From: Camelus ferus | Taxonomy: Eukaryota | Reading direction: 5' to 3' | Length of the DNA: 64,000 nucleotides | NCBI RefSeq assembly: GCF_009834535.1 | Contig: NC_045697.1 | Coordinates: 108,006,001-108,070,000, forward strand | Shown: in pieces, positions 10,809 to 23,105 of the stretch | Layout: the number at the start of each line of letters is the position of its first letter | How positions within the stretch are numbered: position 1 is the first letter of the stretch | The notes under the pieces: generated by a model | Database searches by the model: none | What the model was told of the DNA's origin: nothing | What the model saw: the letters and a program-made list of their open reading frames with translations, nothing else | Made by a program: the position numbers and the translations under genes

Positions 10809-12240
10809 TTAAATCACATACTCTTGAAAGAGCAATTAACATTTGGTTTCTGATGCCTATAATTTCCAAATCCTTCAGCTTCTGTATCATACTATCTGTG
10901 CCTTCTGACATAAGAGAAAGGCTATCATGTTTCCCGGGCATGTGGTTTCACCCAAGTCTCATCTATGTCGAGAATTCTTCTCTGTTTTCCCCTGATAGAA
11001 AATCAACTAACAAGTTCAACCGGAAAAATATATTTAGGCCTAAAGTGTTCATTATTTCATAAGGTTATTTTTTCATTGATTTACATTTGAATATGCCTTT
11101 CTGCCAAGATGAACATTGCCTCAAAATTTTCCTTGCTTTTCTCTTTTACATATTTTTAAAGGAATATTTAGTGTCAAAGATTCACTGTGGTGTCAGATAG
11201 CTGTTTATTTTAGACCTAGGGAAACCAAAGAGATCTAAATACAGGAGCTCCAAACATACATATTTAAAGGTAAACAACATTAACAGCTGATTTCAGAATG
11301 TTAGTAATTCCATTTCCCCTGCTGTAGAACGAGGCAGCCATAATCAATGAAATCTTCGAGTAACATTGACGTGCACTTAAAATAAAGCACAGAAGAATTG
11401 TTTTACAGAGTTGTTAAGCAACAGAAAACTTGTAGGAGGCCAAGTTCTAACTCCTGTGTTATCTAGAGCCTATAATTAATTTTTCAAAATCAAAACACCT
11501 TTAAAAATAGCCTTGTGTATTGAATTCCAGCACGATGCTGCTTTTTGTAGAGCCATTCCTATAAAATGCAAGTTTATTTATAGGCTGCAAGTGACTCAAA
11601 GGTGTTGCAGTATCAAAGGAAATGACACTCTCGAGTCTTCGTTCAGGGTTGCTTGGGGCTCCCTCAGAATGCTCAATGCGCTAAGAGGATCACTTTTAGT
11701 TTTCAGAAGAAAAGGAATTTCATAACTTAAAATGGTGGGACAGATGGAATTTCCTGATTAATATTTTAATGTTTGGTGTTAAACATAATAGTGAAAGGAA
11801 GAGTTCTGAGAGTAAGCCCAATTAACATTTCATAAAATTGACTGTTCTAGGTACAGCTTACCCTTTATCTTTATGGTTTCCGCCCACTGTCTTCCTGGAC
11901 AACCTGACTACCTTGAAGAATGGAGTACGGCCAACTTATGTCCCTCTTTCCTTCGTTCCTTCCTTTTCTTCTTCACTCAGCTTCCTGCTTCCATTTCTCC
12001 CCATGTCTATTCATTGAGTCCTGACTAGGCTACAGACACCGTTCCAGGGCTTACTTTGTCCTATTCTCTATGGATTTTGGTAGAAACAATGTTTTTAACA
12101 ATCTGTAATTGTAAGTGACTGCTGCTGGAAGGTGTCACTCTTATTGTGCAAGAGACTCTTCACAGACCAGCTTAGAGTTTTATAGAAACTAGTCTTTGTG
12201 ATGTTGAAAGCAAAGGTGCACATTCTCCCTATATTTTCTT

Positions 12241-13075
12241 TATTTTTAGCTCTATTGAGGCATAATTGACAAATAAAATGATAAGATATTTAAAGTGTAC
12301 ACCATAATGACTGATATACATATACCTTGTGAGAGGATTCCCACAGTCGAGTTAATTAGCATACTCATCACCTCACATATTTACCTTTTTTGCGGGGGTG
12401 GTGAGAATATTTAAATTCTACACTCAGCAAATTTCAGTTGCACTATAGTGTTATCAACTATGGTTGACAGTTGGTAGTTACTAGGTTATACAGTACATCC
12501 TCAGACTTTATTCATCTTATGACTGAAAGTTTGTACCCTTTTACCAACTTCATCTATTTCCTCCACCTCCCAGCTCCTGGCAACCACATCTCTACTCTGT
12601 TTCTTTGTGTTCAGTTCTTCTCCTTCTCCTTCCCATTCCCCTTCCCCTTCCCTTTCTTCCTCCTCCTCCTCCTCCTCCTCCTCCTTCTTTTCTTTTAAGA
12701 TTCCACATGTAAGTGATACCGTGCAGTGTCTGTCTTTCTCTGTCTGGCTTATATCACTTAGCATGTGCCCTTCAGTTTCATCCATGTTGTCACAAATGAT
12801 AGGATTTCCTTCTTTTTTAAGCCTGAATAATAATATTCCATTTAATATTATTCATGTATTAATTTATCTATCTATCTACCACATTTTCCTTATCCACTCA
12901 TCTGTCGATGACCACTTAAGTTGTTTCTATACCTTGGCTACTGTGTGCTGCAATAAACATAGTCGTACAGATATCTTTTCAAGATAATGATTTTGTTTCC
13001 TTTGGATATGTACCCAAAGTGGAATTACTGGATCATATGTTAGCCCTATTTTTGATTTCTCGAGGAGCCTCCACT
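12241..13075 (-). mobile_element. Older 5'-truncated LINE-1 (ORF2 end plus 3'UTR)
   Basis: Similar to 4030-4380 of the young L1 (gattccacatgtaagtga...ggaattactggatcatatg). Contains a (CCT)n/pyrimidine tract at ~12615-12695. Confidence 0.85.
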
Positions 13076-13364
13076 TCCCTATAGCTGTTGGATGTTCCCA
13101 CTAGCATCCAAGATAAACATATTCATTTGGACATGTGGGTATTGCAGAAAACAAATTTTCAAAAAGAGAATCTGTCCTACTAGATGGAGATTTTTGAGTA
13201 CAAGGACCAAATCTCTTGTGTTGCATGTCCTTTCAGTTCTTAGAACTATGTTAGCTGTATTGGCCACCATCTCTCCACTGATCCTGGAAATTATTTCCCC
13301 TTCCCCACCTACACTATCCACATGACTATGTTAGGGATTGCCAGGTTGAGCTAGGACTCCATGC

Positions 13365-13541
13365 CAGGGTTGGTTACACAATTTTGGTGGTCCAGTGCAA
13401 AATTAAAATGCAGAATCCATTGTGCAAACATTATTAAGAATTTCTGGGTGGCAACAGCAGAGCATTAAACAAGCATGAGATCCTTCCAAGCACAGGTCCC
13501 TGTGCCACCACACAGGTTGCAAGTCCGTGAAGCCAGACCTA
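13365..13541 (-). mobile_element. MER45A-like hAT DNA transposon remnant
   Basis: ccagtgcaaaattaaaatgc...ttattaagaattt...cagcagagcattaaac matches my recall of the MER45A consensus; CAGGG-type termini. Confidence 0.7.
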
Positions 13542-15878
13542 CTATACACACACAAAGAACCATGGTTTATTGGGTCATGGAGGAAGGGACTATCTGACCC
13601 AAATAAGACAAATTGGAGCCCTTTTCTGGTTCATTTGTTTGTACCAAAGCTAAGAAAAGAAGTTTGTCCTCCTTGGGTAAAACAGAGGACCTATCAGCAG
13701 TCTTGTTTCCAGCCACAAAAAGAAAGCCATGGATATGCTGAACCCACATCCCTCCATTCTGTCTCCAACACGTGCCAGGGAATTTTGTTTGTACGTGCAA
13801 ATTTGTGCAAATATCATCTAAGGTCCTGACAGACTTCTCAGTGCCTGCATCCCTGCAGCTTACTATGTACTAGCCTTGAGCATCAGGAGGCTGGGTCAGA
13901 TGACCTCTTGAGCATTTGCGAGATCTGTTATTCTCTGGATCTACCATCAGATACTACAAGACTGACTTCATGCATAGCCACGCTAAGTAGGAACACAGCA
14001 GAGTGCACGATCACTCATTTTTCTCAACCAAGGTTCATAGAACAGTCATTTGCTTAGAACTTGGTAGTGTAGTGACCACTGAGATTAAAAAAAAAAAAAC
14101 AAAACCTGTCGCTTTGAGGCTGGCCATCACCCAAGGCAATTTTTTACCAAGGTGACTGAGTGCTTCCTGAGGGGAAAATCATTAAGCAAAGAAGACCTCG
14201 TACCCCAGGGAACCTCTGTCTCCACGGTTTCAGTCACTCTTCTTTTCCCAGCGGTACAACTCCAAGGAATTTTCTCAAAGAGGATTCACAAAAACACTAG
14301 TAAATGAATCAAGATTGGCTCCTAGCAGACCTCTTAACTGGCATTCCACTGGGAGCTAGTTTTAAGGGGCGACTTTAGGGACAGGCATAGTCATTTTCTT
14401 TGGACTGACGTCTGAGCTTTGGTATTTTCTGAGTTTTTTTCTATCACCATATTAGACTTATCAAGGTAAGAACCAAGGATCAAGATTAAATAAAGGCCAT
14501 ACATGAAGTTTAAACTGAACAAGTGGTTACTTCCCAAAACACACACAGAACTTAGGGGAAATTTAGCCAGATTTATTGTGTTATCTCAACTATTTTAAAA
14601 TAAAAATATATAGAGATTGAAATCTGTGTCAACAAGATATAAGTAATTCCTCAAATATACCTGATATGTAGGGTCCTAGATTCTGAAGAGCTTGTTGCAG
14701 GATAACATTTAAGCAAGGTTTCATTCCTAGGAAGACTGTTTTGTTTGCATCACCTCTCTGTAAATTTATAGCTGAGGATGCTGGCTCCCAGCATGGTAAA
14801 AACTCGTGTTTTCATCGTGTGTCTTAAGATCCCCCAGACCTTTTTTTTCTTAATCATGGCTGGGTGAATACCCAGAGCCCTGCTTCTGTGCACCGCCTGA
14901 GAGGTGAGAGATTGATACGTGTCATAATGATGACTTGCTCTTACATTAATATTTTTGCTTCTTTCCATTGAATACAATTTCGCTTTTTATCCCCTCAGGA
15001 AAAACAGAATAAAGCAAAAGTGAGAGCCAGAGGACTTGAAGTGAACTGAAGCCTGCAAAGACAGTCCCAGAGGGAAGGCTCTTCTACAAATGTCCAGAAG
15101 ATTATGTCCATATGTCTTTCTGGAACTTTTGCCAAGAGAGTCACAGGATCAAAATGACTCCTTCACAGCCATTATGTGGTGTCACATCTTGGAGAGCCAA
15201 AGGAATAAATTCCAGACGTGCAGAACACATATCCCTTCAGCCTCTCGCAGGCAGGCTGTCAACTCCACAGCATTCATGCACAAATCAAAAAGGGCCGCTG
15301 GAGCCTTAAGACTTCCTGCGAACCTCTTCCTTACTGTCTGCGTCTCTGATGCAGTGGAGTGAAAAGCCTGCAGCCAGACCTTTGTCCTTCACCCTGCATT
15401 CTCCCACGCAGGCACGCCAGACTAGGGAAAACAGGGTAAGAGAGGGAGTAGGAACAGAGGGGAGAGATTTTGACAGAAAGAAGCCTCTAGTAGAGGACCT
15501 ACCACAAAAACTGTGATTGGTGCTGCCTGTGCTTTAATGGGGCAGAAAAGCATCCTCCAAATGCCCCGCCTCCCCCGCCTCCTCCTCCAAGCTCTCTTTC
15601 TCTTCTTCCCTAAGGTCTGTCCTCCACAGCCGAACGCTTCTGAGTGTTTTCACTCTTAGAAACAGGATGATTCCTGTCAAACCACAGCTTAAACTTTTCA
15701 GAAGAGCTCTTGAGCTTTCATTTCTGTAACCAAGATAAGCAGTCTGTCATGTACAGTGGCATTTCCAGCTGACTGCTGGAAATCTCCGCCTGCAAGCCCT
15801 GCCGGCACCTTTAAATCAACACGTCCACCATCTCAACGTCTTCCCTCCAGAATGTGATGTTCTGCCCCTGGACTTGTG

Positions 15879-15904
15879 TTTTTTTTTTTTTTTTTTTTTT
15901 TTTT
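15879..15904. repeat. T26 homopolymer
   Basis: Read directly from the sequence. Confidence 0.9.
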
Positions 15905-16599
15905 CTGTTAATAAGAAACCACTCCCTCAGTCGTTCTGGCTACAAACATTGAAATTATATGTGGATCTTGCCTTTCTTGTACTGTCACGGGCATTTGGTG
16001 ATCACCAGGTTTCTGGTGTGGGTGACCCAGTACAGCTGATGCCTCCACAGAAAAATAAGTGGAGGTATGGGAGAGGATACCAAGTGCTGCTTGGGGTGCG
16101 TGGAGTTTGAGGTGTCAGTGAGACATCTCAGTGAATGTGTGCAGGGCTAGTGGAAAATACCAGTCTGAAAACTAAGAAGTCTGGACTAGAAATATAAATA
16201 TGGGAATCACAAGAAGTTAAGTGGGAGTTCAGACCATGAGAGTGTTGGAGTTACCTGGGGTGGGGGTGAATAGTGTGATTTCAAAGTCTAAAAGTTTCCC
16301 AAACATACAGACAAGTTTATGTGTATGCATATGTATATGTAAATGTATGTGTACATGTATATGTAGTCCTGAGAGCAAACGTGAGGTTTCTGGATCAGAG
16401 GCAGGGTTTTAATAGTCACATGGGTTCCTCACATCCCACTGTCCCCTTTCAGGGCAGGGCGATAGCCAGATGTCACCCTCCTTGTGCAAAAGGTTTCTTG
16501 CATTATAGAAGAGGAACTCCAGAATTTAATAAATCTGGGAACCAGTCACAAAGATTTCCTTGTATGTTTTCCTCTGGACTATTTTATAGCTTTTGGTTT

Positions 16600-17210
16600 A
16601 ACATTTTGGGTTGACTTTTATGTCTGGCTAAGGTATGGCTCAAAGTTCTTTTTCTTTTTTTTTTAAATGAGTGTTTAATTGTTTCAGCACCAATTTTGGA
16701 AAAGACTGTCATCTCTCTACTGCACTGCCTTTGCACCACTGTTTAAAAAAAAAAGCAGTTGTTCATGTATATGTGGATCTATTTCTGGACTATTTTGTTC
16801 TGTTGATTTATTGGCTATCTTTACATGTGTATAACCCTGGGTTGATTATTATAGCCTCATAATAAATCTTGAAATTGGTTAATGTTAGCTGTCCAACATC
16901 GTTCTTCTTTTTCAAAGTTGTTTTGACTACTCTAAGTCCTTTGTCTTTCCACATACATTTTAGAATCAGTTTGTCAATCTCTACAAAAAAAGTTGCCGGG
17001 ACTTTGAGATTGCGTCGAATCTATAGATTAAGTTGGGAAGAGCTGACACTTCACAATATTGAATCTTGTTTAATTTAGTTCTTGTTTGATTTCTCTCAGC
17101 AATGTTTTATAGTTTTCAGTGTATATATCTGGCACAATTTTGTCAGATTTATCCCTAAGTATGTTATATTTGGTGCTATTATAAATGATGCTGTTTTTAA
17201 ATTTGAATTT
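16600..17210 (-). mobile_element. Ancient LINE-1 ORF2 fragment
   Basis: Degenerate match to ~4930-5575 of the young L1 (cagcaccaattttggaaaagactg, ttccacatacattttagaatcagtttgtc). Confidence 0.8.
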
Positions 17211-18500
17211 CCTTTTTTTACATTTAAATTTTGCATTTTAAAATTGAGGTGCAATTAACTTATAATACTATATTACTTTCAGGAGTATACAATAGTTATT
17301 CAATATTTTTGTGTGTTACAAAATGATCACCATGCCATAATTACCACCCATCACCGTACAAAGTTATCACAATATTATTGACTATATTCCCTATGCTGTA
17401 CATTACATCCCTGTGACTTACTTATTTTGTAAACGGAAATTTGGACCTCTTAATCTCCCTCACCTATTTCCCTTATCCTCCTAACCCCCTACCCTCTGGA
17501 AACCACCAATTGTTCTCTGTATCAATGAGTCTGTTTCCGTTTTGTTGTTTGTTCATTTGTTTTGTTTTTTAGATTCTGCATATAAGTGAAATCGTATAGT
17601 ATTTGTCTTTCTTTGTCTTACTTCACTTAGCATAGGTCTATCCATGGTGTTGCAAGTTTTTATTCTTTTTATAGCTGAGTAATATTCCATCTTCTTTATC
17701 CACTCATCTATCAATGGAACTTAACTTGCTTCCGTATCTTGGCTGTTGTAATTCATGCTACAATGAACATAGGGGTGCATATATCTTCTCAAATTAGTGT
17801 TTTTGCTTTCTTTGGAAAAATACTCAGAAGTAGAATTGCTGGATCATATGGTAGTTCTATTTTTAATTTTTTGAGGAAACTCCACACTGTTTTCCATAGT
17901 GACTGCACCAATTAACATTCCCATCAATACTGCATGAGGGTTTTCTTTACTCCATATTCTTGTCAATACTTGTTACTTTGTTGTCTTTTTGAAAATAACC
18001 TTTCTGACAGGAGTGAGGTGCTATCTCACTGTGGTTTTGATTTGCATTTCTCTTGACGATTAGTGATGTTGAGCATCATTTCATGTGCTTATTGGCCATT
18101 TCAATGTCTCCTTTGGAAAAATGTCTATTTACTTCCTCTGTCCAGTTTTTAATCAGGTTGTTTGTTTTTTGGTGTTGAGTTTTGTGAGTTCTGTATATAT
18201 TTTGGACATTAACACCTTATTGAAAATACTATTTACAAATATCTTCTCCCATTCAGCAAGCTGCCTTTTCATTTTGTTGATAGTTTCCTTTGTTGTACAA
18301 AAGCTTTTTAGTTTGGTGTACTCCCATTCGTTTCATGTTGATTGATTTGCAGATATTGAACCATCAGTGCATCCCTGGGGTGAACCCCACTTGACCACTG
18401 TTTATGACCCTTTTCGTATATTGTTGAATTTGGTTTGCTAATATTTTGTTGAGAATTTTTGCATCTATGTTTAGTGATAGTGACCTATAATTTTCTTTTT
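17211..18500 (-). mobile_element. Intermediate-age 5'-truncated LINE-1 with an internal discontinuity at ~18333
   Basis: 17570-18333 aligns to ~4025-4822 of the young L1; 18333-18500 aligns to ~6082-6250. Confidence 0.85.
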
Positions 18501-18519
18501 TTTGTGGTGTTTTTTTTCC

Positions 18520-19010
18520 CCCTTTACTTTAAAGATATTATTCCAATGTCTTGTCACTTCCATTGTGTCTGATAAGAAGTCTTCCATAATCCTTATTATT
18601 CTTCTGTATGCATGTCTTTTTTCCCCTCTGGCTGATTTTAAGGTTTTTGTTTTATCATTGGCTTTGAGCAATTTTATTGGGATGTGATTTGTGTTTGAGA
18701 TTTGTTTAGCTTCTTAGATCTGTGTATATATAGGTTTTACCAGATATGGAAAAATTTCACCATTATTTCTTCAAATATATATTTTCATCGATCTCTTCCT
18801 TACCCCTACTTTTTTTTCAAGGACTCCCATTTCATAGGCCTTAGGCTTCTTAAAGATATCTCATAGCTTACTGAGGGTTTTTTCATTTTTTAAATTTCAT
18901 TTTTCTCTGTGCACTTGTATGTAGTTTCTATTACTATATCTTCAAGTCAGGTATCTTTTTTTTTTCCTGTATAACGTCTCATCTGCCATAAGTCCATGCA
19001 GTATATTTTT
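18520..19010 (-). mobile_element. Ancient LINE-1 ORF1-region fragment
   Basis: The minus-strand translation 18471-18671 (KTLKSARGEK...[19 protein letters not shown]) resembles the ORF1p C-terminal region. Confidence 0.75.
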
Positions 19011-19224
19011 TGTCTCGGATGTCTGTTTAGCAACGAGGTCTGTGAAGGTACGAGCATCATTCATCTGGTGGACATTCCGGGTCCTAAAGAAGTTTGCCAA
19101 AGTGGGCATTTGGCAGTTCTTTTCTCCATACATTTGCTGACCATCCTTTCTTTACATTTTAATTTTCATCCAAGGTACACATATGTAGTTTAACAAGTCA
19201 GATACATGCTTAAAGTATATGGAT

Positions 19225-19660
19225 TACCTAGAATTAGTTTCAGCTGCATTTACTAGAAACCCCCAAGTAACAGTGTCTTAAATATATAAGGCTTATTTTT
19301 TATAGTAAAAGCTGTTTAGGTGCTAGAGAGTCCAGGGCTTGTTTGGCAATTCCTGATGTTATCAGAAACATAAGCTCCTTCTAGCTTTCTGCTTCTCTGT
19401 CCTTAGTCACAATAAGCTCCAGCCATGCACGTCTGCATTCCAGGAAGCAGACAGGTCTCAAAAGGGAAGGATAAAAGCTAGATGATACCCACCAGCTTCT
19501 GCTTACATCTCATTGGCCAGAATGAACATTGCAGCAGCTAGGTGCAATGGTGACAGAGAAACCTGGGGTTTTATCTTAACATACTGCTCTCCTGAATAAA
19601 ATTGGGATCCTATTATCAAGGAAAAAGAGAAGAATGGTATGCAACAACATTTCTGTCGTA
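19225..19660 (-). mobile_element. LTR33-like ERVL solo LTR
   Basis: ttcagctgcat...agaaacccccaagtaacagtgtcttaaa and cttctgcttacatctcattggccagaa match my recall of LTR33 motifs. Confidence 0.6.
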
Positions 19661-20289
19661 GTTTCTAAGAAAAACCATCCATCCTCTGTGCCATCTTCCT
19701 TCTTATTCGGATTCCCACTTCCTATTTAGAGGGAACTATTTTCAACCCTTTCATCTGTTTCTCCTAATTTGACTTTCATATTCAGACAAAGACAACAACA
19801 TTGTTCTGCTAATCATTTTCTTCTTTTAAATAGTATCTATTTATTTTACTGTGGAAAATGAGACGTTTACCTCTCTTGCACCCTCGTGCCTATACTGTTC
19901 CCAGTTCCCTTCACCCATTCGTCCTGATTTTGTTCACTCAGTACTTAAGGTTTATATTATTATGACCATGTTATTAGGAGTCAAAGCTGGGTTATGTAGT
20001 ATATTGTAGTTACATATTTTAAAAATTTTAAATTTTTACCAAATTATGTTTTCCTTTGCTTAGGTTTGTAGCTTCCCAATTTATGCATAAGCTTTTAATT
20101 TCCATATAAGTTGCATCTCAGTACAGCCAAATATAAAATTGTCGATCAGTTTCATCTTTGTTTTAGAGACAGGCTTCTGGAGCCCTCTGCTCCCTGTTGT
20201 TCCAATGTGGGTCGGCTGCTCCCTGGTCCTGATACACAGCTGTCTCCCTGAATAACCCTATCGTCTTCTTTATCATCCTGGGGATCCCC

Positions 20290-20900
20290 TTCACTTCATG
20301 AATGTGTTGGATCTACTGTTTCCTTGTTCCCATGCTGTGTCTTCTTTCTTGGTTTATTTCCTTGTTTGGGGAAGGCACATCTTCTTGTAGCTTCTTGAGA
20401 AAGGACACATTGGCAGTAAATATTTTTGAGATGCATATTTGACAGCATCTTTGTTTGAACCCCATACTTAATTGACCATTTGGATGGGCTTAAAACTCTA
20501 GCTGGAAATCATTTCCCCCAGAATTTTTTTTTCTTCCCCGTTTAGACTTTTTAAAGGCATCGCTCTATTCTAGTTTTCAGTGCTGCTATTGATAAGTGTG
20601 GGTGCCATTTGCTTCTCAGCCTTTGTATGTCCCCTGTTTTTTTTCCCCGCCTCTGGTTGATTTTTGGATCTTTTCTTTATTCCTAGTGTTATGAAATTTC
20701 AAAACGTTGCCTCTTTATGTGGGTCTTTTTTCATCTCTTGAATTGGACATTCCATTGACGATCTCAATCTGGAAATTTATGTCTTTCAGTTCTGGATAAA
20801 AATTTTGAATTATTTGGCTGGCAGTCCCCCCTCTGTCTGTTCTCCCTTCCCACAGCTCCTACCATTCAGATGTTGGGCCTCCTGCATTGATCATCTTCTG
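20290..20900 (-). mobile_element. Ancient LINE-1 ORF1/spacer fragment
   Basis: ttggatgggcttaaaactctagctggaaatcatttcc and tgctgctattgataagt are typical old-L1 (L1M/L1ME) motifs. Confidence 0.6.
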
Positions 20901-21774
20901 TCTCAATAGCTTTGCTATTGTGCATTTATGCTCTGTTTATGTACTTGCTGTCATTTTTGTATCATTTCAAGAAGAAGTAATGGTAAATACAAGCATCCAG
21001 GCCTCTGTCATTAACTCTAGTTCTAGTTCGAGGGTTCTAACCCTCTGTCTCTTTTCAGGTATCTTTATTGCAGGTAAGGGGGGTATTGCAGAAATCCGTA
21101 TGGTCTCTCTGAGATGAGAGCCAGATTTCCTTTAGCTGGTCCAATTCTCCCACCTATCAGACTTGGCTTCAGGATGTGTACACAAAGTAGAAACAAAGGC
21201 CAGTGAACGAAAGTAGAACAGGACCAGGTACAAGCCCCTTGGGCATGTTATTTACTCTCTCTCATAAGGTTTATTCATTCCAGAAATAAGGGACAGCAGG
21301 GCCCACCTTTTACATCTCAGGGTTGTTGTGATAATCAAATGAAGGCATGTAAGTGAACATTACTGGAAAGATACATAGTGCTGTATTAGTGTGAAAGATG
21401 GTAATGCTCAGAAAGGAACACAGGCCCTCCTAATGAGCATTTAATTAAAATTTGTGATTGCTATTTTTGGCCAGGGAAAACTAAAGAGAGCAAGAATAGA
21501 AAAAGCAAGACTCAGGTAAGACACTATTCAAGGTCAGTAGCAGGCCAGGTCACAGAGGAAGCTCTGAGCTGTGGATGGAGCAGAGGCAGACAGACACACA
21601 GACAGACTGATTTCACACTCTGATTTCAGAACTCGTTGGGCCATCCGCGGTGTCTTTGCAAAACGAGGGAAATAACGCCTACTTGGCCGTGTTGCTGTAT
21701 GGAACAGACTTACAGAGATAAAAATACGTGTAAAGCCCCTGGCACGAAGCTGGCATTCAAAACATGATAGCAAT

Positions 21775-22040
21775 TTTCAGTGGTTAGGGGTTTGCTGGTT
21801 CTGGAACCAGGTGTGTGTGTTCCATCACATCTTACCATTTATGAGTTGTGTGATTTGAGGCAAGCCACTCAACTGCTATGGGCCTGTTTGTTCATCTGTA
21901 AGATGGGATAGCAGCAGTAGCCACCCTGTAGGGTGGTTGTGAATATTAAGCACAACCTGCAGTCAGTGGAAAGTGTCTAGAATGGGGCCCTGCCACATAA
22001 TCACCCCTCAGTGAGTACGGGCTACTATTATTGTTATTAG
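21775..22040 (+). mobile_element. MIR SINE
   Basis: MIR core: gttgtgtgatttgaggcaagccactcaac...catctgtaagatgggata...agggtggttgtga. Confidence 0.8.
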
Positions 22041-22849
22041 CTGCTAAGCAACAAAGCAACTCTTTCAACCATGCATTGAGTCCTCATTTGGAGACCAAAT
22101 AAAGTCACAGATGGAGCTTAATTTGTGTGCTAAAATAAATTTGCACATAATAAATAAATAGAGATGACTTGTTTTGGTACCAGGTGGCTCATTATCTAAA
22201 GGGCCTTCAGTCCTGTGCCCCTGGTCCTCTAGGGAGGGAGCCAGGGGGGAATGGAGTGAGAGCATTTGAAGACATTCTGATGTCAGGGCTCTGGGCCAAG
22301 TCCTGATTCTGTCCTGAAAAGTGGAAGCCTGAAACTGGGAGACAGCAAGGGGGAGAGGGATGAATGATGTCCCAGTCAGAATTTCTGACTTCATGGGCCT
22401 GCCTGAATAGCTTCATGTATCACGGCCTTTCCATTTGATGCAAAAACTGAGAATTTATAGAACGTACTGAACTTGGCCCTCCTGACTTCAAATATTCCAA
22501 TACTCATTGCTTACTTCCACCAATGACGAGACCGGCTGTGGAGACGTCTTAAGCCACGCTCCAGCCCCGACTGTACCTGGCTTGCCTTTGACTCTAGGCT
22601 GCCTCTGTCCTGCGGATGCCAGCTCTATGCCCTGACACGGTTCCAAATGATAAGGATGGCAGAATGGCCCAAGAGCTCAGTCAGTAGGTGTTGATGAAGT
22701 AATCAGCAGGGGGGTAATACAGTGAATACTTCTGTGTTGGTATCATCACATATATATGATACGTGAAGGTAACATGCAGCTTATACTTTAAAGGTAATAC
22801 TAGTGTTTGCTGCCCTCCCCTAGGCTTACCTACTTACACTGTAGTGGTT

Positions 22850-23105
22850 TAGGGTTTGTGTCTCCTCTAAAGACGAAACCTCCCAAATGCAGGGGACTTA
22901 TTTTTCTCATCTGTAATACTTGAGGAACGGATGAATGAATGAATCTCTCCATTCCACAAATATGTGTTGAGATCCAAACAGTGACCTGGCGATATAGCAG
23001 GGCTCAAGACAGACAAGGTCTATGATCTCGTGGAGCTTCCATTTTTATAGGCGGAGACAAGTCATGAATGAATAAACGAACAAGGTAGTTTCACATAGTG
23101 AATGC
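22850..23105. mobile_element. Two LINE-2 3'-end fragments, tail to tail
   Basis: An (atga)n L2 tail at ~22930-22943 is followed by a reverse-orientation attccacaaatatgtgttgag...agacagacaaggtc. Confidence 0.55.

Noticed and set aside
12501..12987. Poly-Glu and poly-Ser ORFs
   Set aside because: They are translations of a (CCT)n microsatellite inside an old L1 3' end.
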